Assembly: GCA_963792585.1 (NCBI GenBank) | Contig: CAWBWI010000003.1 | Span: 62,942 to 126,941 of the forward strand | Source of the DNA: Candidatus Eiseniibacteriota bacterium | GTDB taxonomy: Bacteria; Eisenbacteria; RBG-16-71-46; CAIMUX01; VGJL01 | Direction of reading: 5' to 3' | DNA length: 64,000 nt | In this document: positions 61,235 to 64,000 of the stretch, one piece after another | Numbering within the stretch: position 1 is the stretch's first letter | Layout of the letters: each line of letters opens with the position of its first letter | Program-made: the position numbers and the translations under genes | The notes under the pieces: generated by a model | The model's input: the letters and a program-made list of their open reading frames with translations, nothing else | The model's database searches: none | Told to the model about the DNA's origin: nothing

Positions 61235-61248
61235 CAAACAAACGTTCG
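61235..61248 (-). promoter_or_regulatory. Candidate LexA (GAAC-N4-GTTY) box upstream of the HNH gene
   Basis: Minus strand CGAACGTTTGTTTG, running into an extended -10-like TGTTAGTAT 9 nt before the ATG. Confidence 0.45.
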
Positions 61249-61412
61249 GTTCCACAAGAACAAACTGCAAAATGCGAAAGAAATATACGTTCGGACGAAG
61301 CGATGAGCAACAGATCAGTCTGAGGACATGGGTAACACCTACACGTTCCAAGAATGGCAGCGATACCGGGCGCTTCTCAACCAGCAGCCATCAGCGATCC
61401 CCGATCTGATCC

Positions 61413-63851
61413 TCACTCCACCACGAACCACTTCGCCGTATCGCTCCCACCGGGCACGTCAAGACGCAGCAGATATGCACCCGCCGGCAGTGCGCGACCC
61501 TTGCTCCCGCTGACGTCCCAGCGAAGCAGCCGAGTCCCAGCCTGCTGGCCCGTCAGTTCCTTGCGCGCGACCTCCCTGCCCTGCGAATCGAACAGGCGTA
61601 GCAGGCCGCCTCCAGGCCGCGGCACGGTGACAGAGAGGTTCAACCACCGCCTCCCGGGATTCGGCCACGCACGGACGTGGACACCCGCGGGAAGGATCGC
61701 GCGCGCGCTCACGGGACCATACCGTCCAACCGATCCCCGCGAGTCGAACGCTTCGACCGCATACTCATAGAGCGCCCCGGGCTCGACCGTCCCATCCAGA
61801 TAGCTGCCCTCAGGCGATTCCGCGGGCATCCGCGGCGACACGCCCGTCCATGCTCCTCCGGCACCCGCAGTCCTCCGTTCGACCTGCACACCCTCCAGCA
61901 GAATCCCCTCGGGAATCGTCCAGGAGATCAGGATTCCGTCCGCGCGAGCTGTCGCCATCGGCGCCAGCAGAACCGGCGTCGGCTCATCGGGACAGTGGAG
62001 GGCGGCAACGTTGAAGGACTCGAAACCGCCGAGGTAGAGGTATTCGTCCGACCCGCAGATGGAGAATCCCCCGCCTCCCATCGTCGTTCCGCCGACCAAC
62101 GTCGGAAGGCTGGGATCGGAGATGTCGGCGACCATCAGCCAGCCCCCCGTCACCACGTATGCGTAGGCGCCAGACCCGATGACATCCTGACCATAGTCGA
62201 CCATCCCCCCGATTCCCTCGAGTTGCGGGGCATCCGGGTTGGAGACATCGACCACGGCGACGCCAGGGAATCCCCCGACGAGCAGGACGTGTTTTCCCGA
62301 TACGGCAAGGCCATTGATATAACTATCCATCTGGATCGCGGGATGCGCCCATCCGCCGATGTCCCCAATGTACAGCCACCCACCCCACGAGCCGACGTAC
62401 ATCTTCGTCCCCGAGATCACAATACTCCTGATCCAGTCGTCCGGAGGCTGGGTGTACAGAAGATCGGGATGCGTGGGATCACTCACATCCACGACATCGA
62501 TACCGTGCTGCGTGCCGAGGTAAGCGATCCCGTCGTGCACGGCAATCCCCTGGGTCGTCCACGCTGACCTGGCAGTTCCCACGATCACCGGCGTCGTCGG
62601 GTCGGACACATCGATGACCTGAAGGCCGTACCATGCGTCAGCGACGTAGGCATACTGGCCGAGAACCACGACACCCTGGGCCTGCCCTGGCGTGTCGACC
62701 GATCCAACAACCCTCGGGGCATCCGGTGCGTCGACGTCGACGATCGAGAGTCCCTCGGTGTCGCATGCCAGGTAAATCAAATGGCCGTCGACGGCAGCGT
62801 CATACGCCGCCTCCGGGAGAGGAACCGTGCCCACCAGTGGGGGTGACACAGGAACGGACACGTCGATCACCTGCATGCCGCTTCCCCAGCATGCTGCGTA
62901 TGCATAGTTGCCATCGACTGCCACGTCGAACGTGTAAGAACCGGTCTTCGCGGATCCCACGATCCTCGGAGATGTGGGATCCGAGACATCGGCGACCTCC
63001 AGGCCGGCCGACTCATCGCCGAAGAAGACATGGTTGCCGCTGACCGCTATGCCGGAGGCATACCTCTGCGCGGGCGCGCTGCCGATGAGGATCGGATTCG
63101 TCGGGTCCGCGATGTCGAGCACCTGCAGACCGGCATCACCCCCACCTACATAGGCGTGTGTACCGGAAATTGCGATCCCGTGCGCCGAACCGGGAGGGTC
63201 CAGTCCTCCGGCGAGGAATGCCGCGTCCGGGTCCAGGATATCGATCACGGCGACTCCAGCATCGAGCGCACCAACGAAGGCGAATGCTCCACTGAGGGCG
63301 ACGTCGACGGGGCGACCTCCCGGGACAGCCACGACACTCGTGACCTGAGGAGCGGCGGGGTCCGAGACGTCGATGACCACGAGACCGTCGGTCCGATCGG
63401 CGACATAGGCCCGCGATCCCCGGACCGCCACGGCGAAGGCATCGCTGGTGGAGACTCCACCGAGTCGGACCGGAGCGGACGGTCCGGACACATCGAAGAT
63501 CTGGAGTCCCGCCGAGGCTGCCGCGACGTACGCCAGCGTTCCGGCTACGGCGACCCCGTTCGCATCGTCTGCAACAGAGGCCTGGCCGACTCGTGATGGA
63601 TGGGTCGGGTCATGCACATCGATGATCTGCAACCCACGCACGACGTCCGTCGCATAGACGTACCCGCCGGCGAAGGCCACGTCCCAGATGGGCCCCTCCG
63701 TGCCAATCCCTCCAACCCACCGGAGCGACCGGGAGTAATCGAGGCACTCGCCAGAGGCGGAGGAAGTCGGAAGACCCATCAGCATCACGCAAATGGCCGG
63801 GACCGACCAAACGCCAAGCTTGGATGTCCAGATAAGGCAAGCAGGTTTCAC
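61413..63851 (-). CDS. Secreted LVIVD-repeat beta-propeller protein with Ig-like and FlgD/T9SS-like C-terminal domains
   Basis: About a dozen YAYVA..GLQ.IDVSDP repeats; AWPNP...LFDSQGR.V...WDVSGSKGRALPAGAYLLRL. Confidence 0.92.
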   Translation of the reverse strand: MKPACLIWTSKLGVWSVPAICVMLMGLPTSSASGECLDYSRSLRWVGGIGTEGPIWDVAFAGGYVYATDVVRGLQIIDVHDPTHPSRVGQASVADDANGVAVAGTLAYVAAASAGLQIFDVSGPSAPVRLGGVSTSDAFAVAVRGSRAYVADRTDGLVVIDVSDPAAPQVTSVVAVPGGRPVDVALSGAFAFVGALDAGVAVIDILDPDAAFLAGGLDPPGSAHGIAISGTHAYVGGGDAGLQVLDIADPTNPILIGSAPAQRYASGIAVSGNHVFFGDESAGLEVADVSDPTSPRIVGSAKTGSYTFDVAVDGNYAYAACWGSGMQVIDVSVPVSPPLVGTVPLPEAAYDAAVDGHLIYLACDTEGLSIVDVDAPDAPRVVGSVDTPGQAQGVVVLGQYAYVADAWYGLQVIDVSDPTTPVIVGTARSAWTTQGIAVHDGIAYLGTQHGIDVVDVSDPTHPDLLYTQPPDDWIRSIVISGTKMYVGSWGGWLYIGDIGGWAHPAIQMDSYINGLAVSGKHVLLVGGFPGVAVVDVSNPDAPQLEGIGGMVDYGQDVIGSGAYAYVVTGGWLMVADISDPSLPTLVGGTTMGGGGFSICGSDEYLYLGGFESFNVAALHCPDEPTPVLLAPMATARADGILISWTIPEGILLEGVQVERRTAGAGGAWTGVSPRMPAESPEGSYLDGTVEPGALYEYAVEAFDSRGSVGRYGPVSARAILPAGVHVRAWPNPGRRWLNLSVTVPRPGGGLLRLFDSQGREVARKELTGQQAGTRLLRWDVSGSKGRALPAGAYLLRLDVPGGSDTAKWFVVE

Positions 63852-64000
63852 GACGGCCCCCTTCTCACGAGGAAGAGCACCCCGACTCCGGCTCCCAGGT
63901 CGGTATCGCAAGCGCACGAACTACATCCGGAATGCCGCACCTGATTATACTCTGTATTGGTAGGCTGGACTCTCGGAATCTCCGCAGCGCAATGCTTCGT

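Overview
The window looks like two unrelated segments joined at about 31,412, where two genes are both cut mid-domain. A second, smaller break is possible at about 1,020-1,055. LEFT (1-31,412): very GC-rich DNA with many single-base frameshifts, probably sequencing error. Its gene content (F420-type LLM oxidoreductase, PaiB, giant LuxR ATPase, fasciclin) suggests a Chloroflexota/Actinomycetota-like monoderm (inference). It carries housekeeping and envelope genes, an orphan methyltransferase, a tRNA with a rare UAU (Ile) anticodon, a tandem rhodanese whose catalytic Cys is replaced by Asp, and a choline/betaine demethylation cluster. That cluster comprises an MttB-family fragment, dimethylglycine dehydrogenase, a rearranged Fe-S-bearing sarcosine oxidase-like complex and an Fe-ADH, and is interrupted by a vapBC module. 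RIGHT (31,414-64,000): nearly error-free DNA from a diderm, probably FCB-related, organism (OmpA, T9SS/FlgD-like C-terminal domains; inference). It carries PMM/PGM, an M48-TerB fusion, an uncharacterised four-gene membrane operon (FN3 + DUF6754-like), a DISARM core drmABC with no methyltransferase or drmD/E, a secreted TPR-CHAT protease divergent from a DUF928-like gene and an output-less CHASE2 gene, a YidD-like/TPR pair, a large HNH protein with a candidate SOS box, and an LVIVD-repeat protein. The best candidates for new biology are the four-gene membrane complex, the methylase-less DrmABC, the CHAT/CHASE2 module and tRNA-Ile(UAU). No CRISPR array, rRNA or transposase was seen. All family assignments come from motif recognition by eye, not database searches.
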